Below the pieces are notes generated by a model. The model ran no database searches. It saw only the letters and a list, made by a program, of their open reading frames with translations, and had not been told where the DNA came from. A stretch of 63,474 bases of DNA, the filler included, from Octopus bimaculoides (taxonomy: Eukaryota), in the NCBI RefSeq assembly GCF_001194135.2. It is 5 parts of 4 records of this genome, joined end to end, with 100 filler letters (N's around TTAATTAATTAA, not from the genome) between each part and the next. Parts side by side here need not be neighbours in the genome. Positions count along the whole stretch, not along the records: positions 34,596 to 45,928 come from NC_068982.1; positions 46,029 to 54,659 come from NC_068996.1; 3 more parts are not named here. One strand, written 5' to 3'. Both the position numbers and the translations under genes were made by a program. Below, piece by piece: positions 39,115 to 52,076 of this stretch. Within the stretch, counting starts at the first letter, position 1, and each line of letters starts with the position of its first letter.

Positions 39115-39151
39115 CCTATCTGACAAAGAGCGTAGACTCGAAACGTAAAGG
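39115..39151 (+). ncRNA. Degenerate minimal hammerhead relic
   Basis: CCUAU-CUGACAA-A-GAG(CGUAGA)CUC-GAA-ACGU-A-AAGG; G8 is mutated and stem I is imperfect. Confidence 0.45.
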
Positions 39152-39753
39152 TCTTTCTCAATTCCCCAGCGTTAAGCTAATACGTCTTAGGGTTTTGTTT
39201 TTTTTGGTAAATTTTCACTATATATATATATATATATATATATACATACATATATATGTATGCACACACGTGTGTGTATGTTCGTGAATATATGTATGTA
39301 TATATACATACACGCGAACACACATATATCTAGATAAATATATGAATATGTGTAACATACACACAAACATTGATACGTATGTGTGTGTTTGCGTGTCCAG
39401 GTATGCGCTGTGTTTGTACGTGCATATCTGTGTATGAGCGCGTGTGTGTGTATGTGAAAACAGATGAAATATTCCATTTTTCAATTTGCAATTAATTTTG
39501 TAAAATCTTCCTGATCCTCTTCCCAAATATATGTCACAATTCATATATTTAATTCATTATATGCAATTTCAGTGCACTATTGTATTTCTTAGATGCAGAT
39601 TTTCATTTTGTTCTATTCCTTAATTCTCTGAATTATTTTGATTTTCATTGTACTGAACTAATACAATTCCTTAATTATCTATTGTGCTGCACACTCTTTG
39701 ATATTTTTTAGGGTTTCGTTTTGAAATTTCGCATCCTAATATTAATTTACTTT

Positions 39754-39816
<63 letters not shown>

Positions 39817-41061
39817 GTATATATGTGTGTATATATGTATGTATGTATGTATGTTTCTATGTATGTATGTATTTGTATATGTATTGTGGATTAGTGGAGG
39901 TTTTGTTTATAGATCTTTTGTTTGTCAGATTTCAACGTGAAAGGAAATAAATTAAATGAAACGTATATTTACTAAGTGCACCTGTGTATAGTTTCCCCTC
40001 CCACCTTTTTTTATATTGGTAAATTACTAATAGAAAACTAGCGCAAATTGTTTAATCAAGCTTATACGATGAAATATCTCTACCCTTCCCTGAATAATTT
40101 TAAGAGAATTGATGTAATTTTTTTTTTCTTTTTGATGTTTAATATATTATTTGATAACTTGTTTTACTGTGTTCATTAAGTTCCAGGTAATATATCCCAT
40201 AGTTACATTTTGCATTGCAGTAACAATCTTAATTTCGCGAGTATATCTCTTTCATCTGCATTTTAGTGATGTAACTTTGTATTTTAAGAGCAAAACTCAT
40301 TCCATATTTTTAGTATCTATCATTTTTTCATCGTATATATGTACTTATATACTGTGCATTTATAGTCCTATGTATAAATAAGTCATTCGTACGAAAATAA
40401 CATGGCAGTGGAATTTCGACATATAATCAGTTTAACATTGAAAAACTATTTCAGTATTGCTAACGGGCTGTGTCTGGTACTGTACGAAAAACATCGTGTT
40501 AGAAAATGATCGTCTGTTGAGGCTGCATCATCACTGGACATGATCTCGTTTTAAATCTTCAATATCTCCGAGTATTTCATGTTCCTTGTATTTGATCTGG
40601 TTTATAATATTTCACCGAAATCTTATTTCTTAGACTTCTAAACACAACGTTTTACTAATAATGAATGATATTCTTCGTTCGTGTCCAATGGGATGGAGTG
40701 TTTGGTATGCGAATCATACTTTTTGTTGTTTATTCCTAATTTCGTGTGTTACTCGTTAAAATTATTGTATTCATGTATTCTGAGGCATTAGGTGCAGAGG
40801 CTATGTCGGACGATTTTATACTGCAGAGAAAAAAATCTGATCTGAAATTAGTTTCTCATTTGCCATGATTTATTGAAAAATTTCGAATAACTTAGCAATA
40901 TGTCTGCAAGAGTCGAAACCTGTTTTACAGAGATGTATGTATCGATTATTTAGTGATTTACCATTCTGACCAGCTGTGTCAGGTAAGACATAATTAGCGT
41001 TCATAAATTTAGTTAAAATTTACAGTTCGTTGTAGTGTAGAAGTCTGCTAAGCATCCTCAG

Positions 41062-42306
41062 TTATTCGGTTAAGACAGATCTTCACCCGTTAACAAAAAC
41101 ACACAAAAAATATTAGCCTGCTGTCTGTTAACAACTGTGTAGAAAAGGAACATGACAAAAAACAAGTGTGCAAATGAACCTGGGGATGGGGAGAGGACTT
41201 TCAGAAAATTCACAAGAGCCGATGTTTCCGTCATAATTTTCGGGAAAATTGATATATCATGATTTTTTTTACGGAATCCCAAGTTTATGGTTATGGAGGA
41301 TACGATTCTGGAAAGAAATTTTCAAAAATCGCATTTTCAAAACTTCAATTCCCTCACCTCTTTATTTTTCACTTTTTCCGGAATCTTTTTTTTTTTTTTN
41401 NNNNNNNNNNNNNNNNNNNNNNNNNNNNNNNNNNNNNNNNNNNNNNNNNNNNNNNNNNNNNNNNNNNNNNNNNNNNNNNNNNNNNNNNNNNNNNNNNNNN
41501 NNNNNNNNNNNNNNNNNNNNNNNNNNNNNNNNNNNNNNNNNNNNNNNNNNNNNNNNNNNNNNNNNNNNNNNNNNNNNNNNNNNNNNNNNNNNNNNNNNNN
41601 NNNNNNNNNNNNNNNNNNNNNNNNNNNNNNNNNNNNNNNNNNNNNNNNNNNNNNNNNNNNNNNNNNNNNNNNNNNNNNNNNNNNNNNNNNNNNNNNNNNN
41701 NNNNNNNNNNNNNNNNNNNNNNNNNNNNNNNNNNNNNNNNNNNNNNNNNNNNNNNNNNNNNNNNNNNNNNNNNNNNNNNNNNNNNNNNNNNNNNNNNNNN
41801 NNNNNNNNNNNNNNNNNNNNNNNNNNNNNNNNNNNNNNNNNNNNNNNNNNNNNNNNNNNNNNNNNNNNNNNNNNNNNNNNNNNNNNNNNNNNNNNNNNNN
41901 NNNNNNNNNNNNNNNNNNNNNNNNNNNNNNNNNNNNNNNNNNNNNNNNNNNNNNNNNNNNNNNNNNNNNNNNNNNNNNNNNNNNNNNNNNNNNNNNNNNN
42001 NNNNNNNNNNNNNNNNNNNNNNNNNNNNNNNNNNNNNNNNNNNNNNNNNNNNNNNNNNNNNNNNNNNNNNNNNNNNNNNNNNNNNNNNNNNNNNNNNNNN
42101 NNNNNNNNNNNNNNNNNNNNNNNNNNNNNNNNNNNNNNNNATGACGGAAAAAATCGGATCCTGTAAATTATACGAAAGTCCTCTCCCCACTCGCAGGTTC
42201 GTTTGCGTACTCTTTGTCAAATTCGTTTCCTACACAGTTGTTAACACTCAGTAGGCTGAGTTTTTTTTTTTTTTTTTAACGGTTGGAGATCTTTATACTA
42301 ACCAAT
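41062..42306. mobile_element. TIR element whose centre lies in an N gap
   Basis: 41077-41235 is a diverged reverse complement of 42141-42292; shares a ggggagaggacttt...aaaattcacaaga motif with the MITE at 1-304. Confidence 0.75.
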
Positions 42307-44029
42307 TATTCTTACCGTCCGGGAAATATATCAACCTAATGCGAAAAACGTAATAAACTGCAGAGTTTGGTGCGTTTAATCTCAGATTTTCCATTTAGAT
42401 CAGTTAAAAGTTCTTGAATTTTTGCCATATTTTCTACCTTTAAAAAGAAGTTGCAGATAATTCATAACCACAGTGTTTGCCTCTGCAGATCCTGCTTTAG
42501 AAATATTGTTGTAGCGCATTCTGTATTAACAGAATGATATTAAGCACTCGGCATATTAGCACATTTACTAAATATAATTATTATATATAGAATAATTTTA
42601 GATATGCTGAGTATTTTTAGTTGTGTAAGAAATCGTGATTCAGCCACACTTCCCCAGCCAGGCAACGTTCATTTGTATTTGTTTATTTTAGCTTTATAAT
42701 TGACCGAAAAACTAATCTGGTAGAATATGAACATCTGTCATTATTCAGGATATTAGATATCTAGACGCAGATGCCTAACTTATGAATTCGTTCATGCATG
42801 CATTGTTTTAGTTGTTATATTAAAACTGAATTGTAAAATCATGGCTTTTATCGCCCTGAGATTATCGTAGAAGGTGCCGTACTGTGAGTCTGAACCGGAC
42901 CCATGTTTTGGGGAAGGAAGCTACTCACCAGTTAGCCACGCCTCTGCCTTTAAAGAGAAGTGGGAATAAACGATCTTGGAGGGAATTGGACACAAAATAT
43001 TGAATGGAAAAAACATGTGTAACCAAATTTCGCAATTTATTGTGCTCATCAACTGCGCTAATGACAATTATTTTAACAATAATTTCGTGTTCATTATTTG
43101 ATGGAATTTTTATGTTGGGATATACTTCTGACACTTTCTATTGTGTCAAGTAATCTTAAAAGTATTATAAATATATTATTACTTCCTTTACATTTCACGG
43201 TACCTACATTAATGAAATAACTATCAATTTTCATAATAAAGAAGTATCATATTAAAATAAAATTAAACATATATCTATTTTGTGTATTTATAATAAATAT
43301 GTCTCAAAACAATAATGCTGAGTGAATTAACGGGTAGGTGTGTGTGCGTGCGCGCGCGCGTGTGTATGAGTGTGTTTGTGTGAGTGTATATGTGAATGCG
43401 TAAATGTGCTTGTGTATGTGTAGGCATGTCTCTCTGTATATGTACGAGTGTATACGAGACAAGGAAAGTCGTAGAAGCTCTCTAGAGAGCACCAACTCAT
43501 TTCTAATGAAACATATATAATATGCTATCACTTTATGACATTCCCATATTCGGACGTTCAGCTCATTATATATTCCTTTGCTAATATGCCAGAGGCTAAT
43601 TAAATCAACATTAGGGTCACGTTGGTGATTTTGATGTACAAGAGGATAATAAAGTCTATGTCTCATCGAACTATATAACGTAATGGTCTAATTAACTGGG
43701 TAAGTGGATAACAGATGCTATAATATTAGTAGGAAACATAATAACAATTTATATTATGAGTAATATTAGCGAGAATTGCGAACAATGGTAATAATAATAA
43801 TATCTGCCACGAATTATCAGCTAACAGCTATAGTTATAATGGCAATATCTCAAAGGAAGTAACGGTAAGAGTGTGAGGATTGTAAATGATGACTGAAACA
43901 CAGTGATAATGTTGGTGAGAGTGATTGACAGCATACATTATTATGATGAACATGACGATGGTAATGATGATGATGATTCATCGATGTTGTCGTCGTTGCT
44001 GTAAGCACCCAGTGGACATCCCCCAACTA

Positions 44030-44180
44030 TTTATTGACAAACCTATTGAAAGGTTTCGATTGATCAATATTGATGAGAGCTCCTCCAATGCCAGGTTCCT
44101 TACCCAGTCTCTCTATGGTGTAAGGTGTAAGGTGGATATTGTGCACAGAACTGATTAGGATGGTGAATGTCTGCGCACCA
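44030..44180 (-). mobile_element. Tx1-clade RT fragment
   Basis: YTIERLGKEPGIGGALINIDQSKPFNRF (DQSKAFDRV-type motif). Confidence 0.7.
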
Positions 44181-44527
44181 GAGATCAAAGTATACATGAG
44201 AGGAGCTAAGTGCTTTCCTGACACTTTGTTCAATATCTGAACACAACAGTCAGCTGAGTTTCGGAGCCAATGTCAATTTTACCTACGTTTTAGTGTCCTT
44301 TCTCAGCAGCTGTGCGGCTGTACCGCGTTTCATTTTATATGACTGAAAATTCTCCTGTTCTGCTGCCTGTCGTAGAAGAGCCAGAACAAGCCTATCTTGT
44401 AAAGATAAAGTTGTTGGGAGAACCAGCGAGTCAACCCCGTCATTTCTTTCTGATACACCCAGCCATCGGTTAAAGGATTTCAACAAATTTCGTCGGCCTT
44501 AGCTTCTGCTTGGGATCTACTATAAAC

Positions 44528-45445
44528 CTTTGATAGTGCCCTCCTTAGGTCGGTGATTGAGATGTCTTCCCATACCTGTTCTTGTAGATTTTTGTAGGCA
44601 TCTTGGGTGCGTTTGATCCAGTCTGCGTTTTCATTGTATGGATTCTCATCACTCCAGATCCCTTTCCAAAAGATTTCAGCTTCTTCCATTAGGAGTGGAT
44701 TTTCAACGGTTATTTTTTTCGTTGCCTATTTCCCTGTAAAAGGATTTGGCATTGGATTTGAACATCTTATTTTGCCTGAAGTATCTGATTCTTTTCTCAA
44801 ATTTGCGTATTCTCTGAGCTTTTGCTTGAACTTTTTGTTCATTCGCTGACATTAGTTCTTCTCTTGTTGAGATTTCATATTTTCTCACGATCTTCCTGCC
44901 TTTTCTTGATCTTACACCATTTCCAGAGATTAGCTCAGTTAATATTGATATCTCTCTTCGCAATGCTTCAATCTCAGTTTCAATTCTACTCCTCCAGTTT
45001 GATTTTCTTTTCGAATTTGGTATTGTTGGCTTTTTGGGTGTCAAACAGCGTCTTTTTCGATTACCTTTAGCAACAGTGTAAATAATTTCATTTAACTTAT
45101 TAAGATCGGGTTTTAGTGGTTGTATGATTACTTGTGTAATGCAGTTGCCAATTTTTACTTGCGTTTTATGTTGGTGTGCATTTGAGAGTTTATGGAGTGG
45201 TTCCATATCATTCATATTTGTATACCCTACAACTGCAAGCTCATTTCTGCGCATGACTTTCACAAGCATTAACCATATGAATCAGGCTTTCGACTCTCTT
45301 CCCATACATTCTGCAGAGGTCCGTATCACTGGTGTGGTATGTATTGCTTTTCACTGAGTTGGCATTAAATGTCTGGTCCTGGGGAGTGATGATTAGGATT
45401 TTAATGTTCTTTTTTAAGTCACGCTTGTTAATCCACCTCCATGAT
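44528..45445 (-). mobile_element. R4/Dong-like RLE LINE fragments: C-terminal CCHC region fused directly to the N-terminal region
   Basis: 45445-45241: WRWINKRDLKKN...QDQ...YHTSDTDLCR...ESLIHMVNACESHAQK; 45240-44528: LAVVGYTNMND...NWRSRIETEIE...FWKGIWSDENPYNENADW. Confidence 0.8.
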
Positions 45446-45567
45446 TCTTCTTCTTCGTCTCTTCTTCTTCTTCTTCTTCTTCTTCATCTCTTCTTCTTCT
45501 TCTTCTTCTTTTTCTTCTTCTTCTTTTTCTTCTTCTTCTTCTTCTTCTTCTTCTTCTTCTTCTTCTT

Positions 45568-45663
<96 letters not shown>

Positions 45664-45664
45664 G
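45445..45664. repeat. (TTC)n plus (TTA)n microsatellites
   Basis: Direct inspection. Confidence 0.97.
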
Positions 45665-45928
45665 TTCAGTAGTTTTATTTTTATAACATGCATTCACTTC
45701 ACTACCGAGCGCAGCTCTGTGTGCCTTCGGTATGTGCTGTGTTTTGCTGTGATGCTCTAATGGTTACTGTATTGAAAGTCTTTTGCGTAGGATGTGTGCA
45801 GTACCCAGTAGTGCAATTTTCTGTATGTTATATATATTTGTAAGTCCTGGTGTTTTTGTTATGTATTTGTCTGAATATTTTTTTATTATACCTAAGGCAC
45901 CTACTATGATAGGAATTGTTTCTGTTTT
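45665..45928 (-). mobile_element. 3' end of an RLE LINE with (AAT)n tail, cut by an assembly join
   Basis: TIPIIVGALGII...IQKIALLGTAHILRK* followed by a short 3' UTR and (AAT)n. Confidence 0.85.
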
Positions 45929-45972
45929 NNNNNNNNNNNNNNNNNNNNNNNNNNNNNNNNNNNNNNNNNNNN

Positions 45973-45984
45973 TTAATTAATTAA
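45973..45984. other. Artificial scaffold-join linker TTAATTAATTAA
   Basis: 44N-linker-44N. Confidence 0.93.
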
Positions 45985-46518
45985 NNNNNNNNNNNNNNNN
46001 NNNNNNNNNNNNNNNNNNNNNNNNNNNNAAACTAACACGACACTGTTGGAAGGCAGGTTTAGAGAGGGCGCGGGCTAAGATTACGCGCCCTTCCCCTCCA
46101 TTGGTCAGTTGAAGTTTAGACAGTGTCACGTGACTAACCGGTGCTGGCTGCTGGAGCCTACCAGCGAGTATTTAAAGGGAAATTTGGCAGGATGGACAGT
46201 CGCCCGCTGACAGTCATTGACGCTGCATCGAAGAGGCTAGGGAACAAGAAAAAAGGAGAAAGAAGAAATGCACTCACCACAGACCTGAAGACACCTCCGA
46301 AAGTGGGGGCCCCGCCATGTCGAAAACGGTAGAGGAGTAGGTGCCAAAAAAGTGGTTCCTCCTAATGATGTCTTTAGCCACTAGATCCTATAAAGGAGCT
46401 GTTGAGGTAGCAAACTACGAAACGTGGTTGAAATTCCTCAGGTTCTAAAACCTTACATCCAGAGATTAGGTGGTCCACTGATTCTATCCCATCGTTGCAG
46501 CATCGGCACTAGGGTCTA

Positions 46519-48833
46519 CACATTGGCTTGATAGTTCCGGGTCAATAAGCTCTGATCTTGGGTAGCCAAGATAAAGCTTTCCCTCTCTGCCTTTAACGCT
46601 GAGCTCCGTAGCCACTGATGGGAGTGCTTCTGGTCTACATCAGCTCGTTTGCTATGGGCCACATATTTGCCAAGCAGAGGTTTATGTTCCACCTATCAGT
46701 CAATTGTTCAAACGCATTTTGCTTTGCTACTGATTTAACATTCTTTGCAGCTACAGCTACTGCACTTCCATCATGCTGTTCAGCCTGGGTATTATGCATA
46801 AACTGACTTGAAATATTTTGCTCTCCTTCATAACAGAATGTAGCTTCTTACGTTTTTCATGGTTTTCAACGAGCTTTAGCATCCAGTTGTGGTACTTTTG
46901 TAGGAGATTTCAAATTGGATCAAGCCTCGACCTTGAGCTCTGGGTAGGTAAAGACAATCTGCGTCTGCCTTTGGGTGGTGCATCTTATTGCAAGTTAGCA
47001 GCTTACGGATTTTCCCGTCAATCTTCCTTATTTAGCTCATATTCCATTTCAACACATTGAAACTATAAATAACAACAAGAACTGCTAAGGAATTTATAGC
47101 TAACACCTTGTTACATGCATTTAACTCTGATTTTAGGACTGCTCGAACTCTCCCGTAACACTCCTTCCTGATCTTCTCTTTCATACTTGCATGCTGAATG
47201 CCATAGCCCTCATTTAGTCCGAGGTACTTGTGAGTTTGCTCCTGCTCAAGTTCTTTTATTACTGTGTCAACGTCCATTACCACTGAATGTGAGGCCTTCA
47301 GTTTCCCTTTCTGGAAAGTGGCTTTGGCACATTTATCAAGACCACATTCCATCCAATGTCATCACTGAACGCTTTCACAGAACGTAGTAGTCCTTCAAGC
47401 TCATTATCGTCTTCGCCATAGAGTTTTAAGTCATCCATATAAGATAGATGACTTACTTTCTTGTCGTCAATTTCATATCCATACCCTGATCTGTTAAATT
47501 CATTTGTAAGGGGTATTAAGGCTATGCAGAAAATTAAAGGGGAAAGTGAGTCACCTTGGAAAATGCCACCGTTGATATTAATATTTTTTGTGGGTCAGTA
47601 CTCCATTAGAGTAGTATAGTTGGAGATTNNNNNNNNNNNNNNNNNNNNNNNNNNNNNNNNNNNNNNNNNNNNNNNNNNNNNNNNNNNNNNNNNNNNNNNN
47701 NNNNNNNNNNNNNNNNNNNNNNNNNNNNNNNNNNNNNNNNNNNNNNNNNNNNNNNNNNNNNNNNNNNNNNNNNNNNNNNNNNNNNNNNNNNNNNNNNNNN
47801 NNNNNNNNNNNNNNNNNNNNNNNNNNNNNNNNNNNNNNNNNNNNNNNNNNNNNNNNNNNNNNNNNNNNNNNNNNNNNNNNNNNNNNNNNNNNNNNNNNNN
47901 NNNNNNNNNNNNNNNNNNNNNNNNNNNNNNNNNNNNNNNNNNNNNNNNNNNNNNNNNNNNNNNNNNNNNNNNNNNNNNNNNNNNNNNNNNNNNCTCATAA
48001 TTTCATTGAATAACTGGACTAACTTTTCGTGTGCGCACGGGAGTGAGGCGAGCCAGAAATTTGACACTCTATCATTACCAAGAGATTTCCACTTATGAGT
48101 CTTTGTGAGTGTCATTTTTTGTTCTGCTATTGTGATGTCTTCCCATGCTTGTTCTGGTAAGTTTTGGTAGGATCCTTCTGTGCGTCTAATCCAGTCTGCA
48201 TTTTCATTGTAAGCCTTTTCATCACTCCAGATATTTTTCCAGACGTTTTCAACTCCTTCCATGGCAGCGGGGTCTTCAATGATTATTTTCTCCTTCCCTA
48301 TTTCTCTGCAGAATGTTTTCGCATTGGACGTGAACAGTTTATTTTACTTGTAAAATTTGTTTCTCTTCTCAAACCTTCGTATTCTTCACTATTTTGCTTA
48401 GATATTTTGTTCCGATGTTTCTTTTGCTGAAAGCAGTTCTTCTCTTGGTGAGAATCTATGTTTTCTCTTCATCTTTCATCCTTTTCTGGGTTTTACATTG
48501 TTTCCCCAGATTACTTCATTCAATATTGATATTTCACTTCTCATTATTTCAATCTCTTTTTCAATTTCACTTTTCCAGTTTCGAATTTTTCTCAGGTTTG
48601 TATTTCTTTGTTTTTTTCAGAGGCATACAACTGGTTTCAATTGTCTTAGCAGCTTCGTAAATAATTTCATTTGATTTAGTGAGATTTGGTTCTAGTTCTT
48701 GTATAGTTGCCTTCGTTATATAGTTTCCAATTTTAATTTGTTTTCTATTTTAGATTGTATTTGAGAGCTTATGAAGTGATTCTCTATCATGCATATTGGC
48801 GTGTCTTACAACTGCAAGCATATCAGTGAAGTA
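46519..48833 (-). mobile_element. R4/Dong-like LINE: inverted 5' part (N-terminal region and RT)
   Basis: WKNIWSDEKAYNENADW, KWKSLGNDRVSNFW, GIFQGDSLSPLIFC, HLSYMDDLKLY, FGLDKC-type ECGLDKCA, YKYLG-type HKYLG, HHPKAD, WLRSSALKAE...QDQSLLTRNYQAN. Confidence 0.9.
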
Positions 48834-49511
48834 TAATATCTATAAAACTTCTGACACCCAGAAATGCAGACCCTGTGGAAAGAGTGTGGAAAATGTGACC
48901 CACTTGATAGGTGAATGTGAGAGCCTTGCGCAAAAAGAATACCAGCGCCGCCACGATAAAGTGGCTTTATCTTCATTGGATCTTTTGCCGTAAATACCAA
49001 TATGAAGTAACAGAGAACTGGTATGAGCATGTACCAAGTAAAGTTATGCAGGAAGACGGAAAAGTAACGATACTCTGGGACTATGATTTTCAGACGGATC
49101 GTGTTTTCGAACACCGTCGGCCGGATATTGTCATATTGAATAAGAGAGACAAATACTGTCAGATCATTGATGGAGCCATACTAAATGACATGAATATTGT
49201 GATTAAAGCGGTTGAAAAAAATCACCAAGTACTCCGAATTGAAAGCGGAAATGACTAGACTGTATGGAATGCGAGAGGGTAATGTAAAAGTGATACCAGT
49301 GGAGATCGGAGCGTTGGGATAAATCCCATTAAAACTTCAAGACTTCTAAAGGCAACTGGAAATCCCATGTAAGATTGATGTCTTGCAAAAAGCAGCCTTA
49401 TTGGGCACAGCGCACATCTTATGGAAAGTATTATCTGTCTGAAGTCCTTTTTGTGACTTGAGAGATGACTAAAGACTCCGGTGCATTTTTACCTACACTG
49501 TCTTACGAAGA

Positions 49512-49598
<87 letters not shown>
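48834..49598 (+). mobile_element. R4/Dong-like LINE: forward 3' part (CCHC, restriction-like endonuclease, 3' UTR, (AAT)n tail)
   Basis: IYKTSDTQKCRPCGKSVENVTHLIGEC...RRHDKVA; ILWDYDFQTDRVFEHRRPDIVILNKRDKYCQIID; VEIGALG; LQKAALLGTAHIL; (AAT)n at ~49510-49598. Confidence 0.9.
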
Positions 49599-49599
<1 letters not shown>

Positions 49600-49699
49600 G
49601 CAACAACAACAACAACAACTGTTGATCATCTCATTGACCCCGTGTGGCCTGAGGTATTCCAAAAGCCAACAGTGTACATTTCTTGTTATCTATCCAACA

Positions 49700-50880
49700 A
49701 AAAGTCAAGTTCTTTCTTATTCGCACCTCACTTAATATTATAGCTATCAATACAAGCATTTCCACTTGACTTCTTTCTGCATATATTTTGCATTTCAGGA
49801 AATAGAGTCTTCTCCAGAAAGTTGCATACTTTATTGGCTATGAGGCCAATTAATAATTTCCAGAGTAATGCTATACATATAATAGGTTAGTAATTGCTGT
49901 CTTCCCATTTCTTTTCTTTGTCCTTTTACATTAATATTGTCCTTCCTTTTGTAAGTTATGCTAGTGCATCATTCTATATACAATCGATAAGAAACGATAA
50001 GAAGCAGTTGTAGATAACTCTGTATGCTAGTGAGATTTTAAAGCTAGAAAATACAATTGGATCAAGGAGCTTTGGATCCAGAAGAATTTAGTCCACTTTT
50101 TAAGCATATTTTTCACTTTCGCTTTCCTAACATTATATTATCTTGTCTTGATCTATTTTCCACTCATTGTTAAATTCCGTAAAGAGTTCACTTCAGCGTT
50201 ATGTTGAATTGCTTTGTTTCAAATATCTCTCTTAAATTTTGTTTGTGGTATCTCTTCATTAGCTACATATAAATCTTTCTGCCTGATGTTATAGTTTCTT
50301 TGGAGCTCGTTCCTATGTCTTTACTTCATCGTCTTCATTTCAATTATTGCATTATCCTTCCAAAATTTCTTTTGAGTTATTCAACTTGTTTCTCAAGCCT
50401 CTATTTCTACCCTGGGTATTTACATCTTTCAAAAACGATATTTTCCTGAGATTCATCCTATTCACATGATCCAGAGACAAACCAAAGCAAGATATTTAGT
50501 GCCGATATGAGCCGCGGACTCAAGAGTGTGGGAGCGCCATGACCGCAAGCCCGATCGAAAGATAACCAAAATGTCCAATGCCATGCCTTGCATATCCGGT
50601 TTATATCAGAGTAACCTTCTCCTAGAAAAAAACTTTAAAAACGCTGAAGGGTGTCTCACTCCCAGTGTCATCTAACTCGCCGAACACTAACTCGGAATTG
50701 TGAGGGCTCCTGCTATTGCTACGTAGTTGTTGAACATTCACTGGGTTATTCGATTTCATTGATAGGTGTTGCTTTTAGCGCAGCTGAGTTTCTAGCAAAC
50801 TTTCTAGACGGGGTACCTGCTTAATCCCCGACGACCCGATCACACGATCGGCTGTATTGGATTCCATGTTACCAGTAGCA
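49700..50880 (-). mobile_element. Possible old RLE-type LINE 5' fragment
   Basis: Degenerate RLEKQVE...KRNFGRI-like and KAP-like peptides; many stops. Confidence 0.35.
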
Positions 50881-51056
50881 CTCTCGAGATACACACACAC
50901 ACATGCATGCATGTATGCATACATACATACATGCATGCTTGCATCCATACATATATTACATACGTACGTACATGCATATATACAGACACACATGAATGTA
51001 TGCATGCGTACTGACATACATGCATGTATGCATGCATACATACATGCATGTATACA

Positions 51057-51120
<64 letters not shown>

Positions 51121-51294
51121 NNNNNNNNNNNNNNNNNNNNNNNNNNNNNNNNNNNNNNNNNNNNNNNNNNNNNNNNNNNNNNNNNNNNNNNNNNNNNNNN
51201 NNNNNNNNNNNNNNNNNNNNNNTATATACATACACATACATATACATATATATATATTCATACATACACATACATATGTATAAATTCATATAGA

Positions 51295-51300
51295 AATGTA

Positions 51301-51342
<42 letters not shown>

Positions 51343-51386
51343 CCTATCTACCTACCTATCTATCTATCTATCTATCTATCTATCTC

Positions 51387-51438
<52 letters not shown>

Positions 51439-51458
51439 CCTATCTACCTACCTATCTA

Positions 51459-51538
<80 letters not shown>

Positions 51539-51556
51539 CCTACCTATCTATCTATT
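51295..51556. repeat. (TCTA)n/(TC)n microsatellite
   Basis: Direct inspection. Confidence 0.97.
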
Positions 51557-51613
51557 AATAGTAATGATAATACAACAAAAGAATGAATGAGACCTCGATA
51601 TTATGTAAATATC

Positions 51614-51999
51614 TGTAATATAATGTGACAATTATTCGGCTGCCATAATAAGACTCCGAGTTTCAGATGTCGGGGCAGAAAACTGCTCCGGCATCTCCTC
51701 AGTTATCGAGGCAATCAAAAAATGCTACGAAAATGACCGTTAAACAAAGGGAAATTACTATGTAATTGACCGTTATTAAGACAAAAGAGCTATTAGAATG
51801 ACTGTTATTTCGTTCTAAAAGCTCTTTTGTCTTAATAACGGCCAATTACATAGTAATATCCCTTTGTTTAACGGTAATTTTCATAGCATTTTTTTATTGC
51901 CTCAATAACTGAGGAGATGCCGGAGCAGATTTCTGCCCCGACATCCGAAAGTCGGAATCTTATTATGGCAGCCGGATAATTGTCTGATATTATATTACA
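51614..51999. mobile_element. Palindromic (fold-back) MITE-like element
   Basis: Left half is nearly the reverse complement of the right half around a centre at ~51805. Confidence 0.85.
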
Positions 52000-52044
52000 T
52001 ACATACATACATACAAACATACATGCATACATACATGTATACAT

Positions 52045-52076
<32 letters not shown>

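Noticed and set aside
41249-42254. ORFs of ~300 aa at 41249-42254, and similar ones at 59351-60587
   Set aside because: Almost entirely X from N gaps
42316-42947. Shared LLFKGR peptide in two minus-strand segments, suggesting duplicated exons
   Set aside because: Equally explained by pyrimidine tract plus AAG (acceptor-like) sequence; no consistent open spliced frame found
46278-46340. CUGAAGA...GAAA hammerhead-like string
   Set aside because: Stems I and II cannot be closed in the required register
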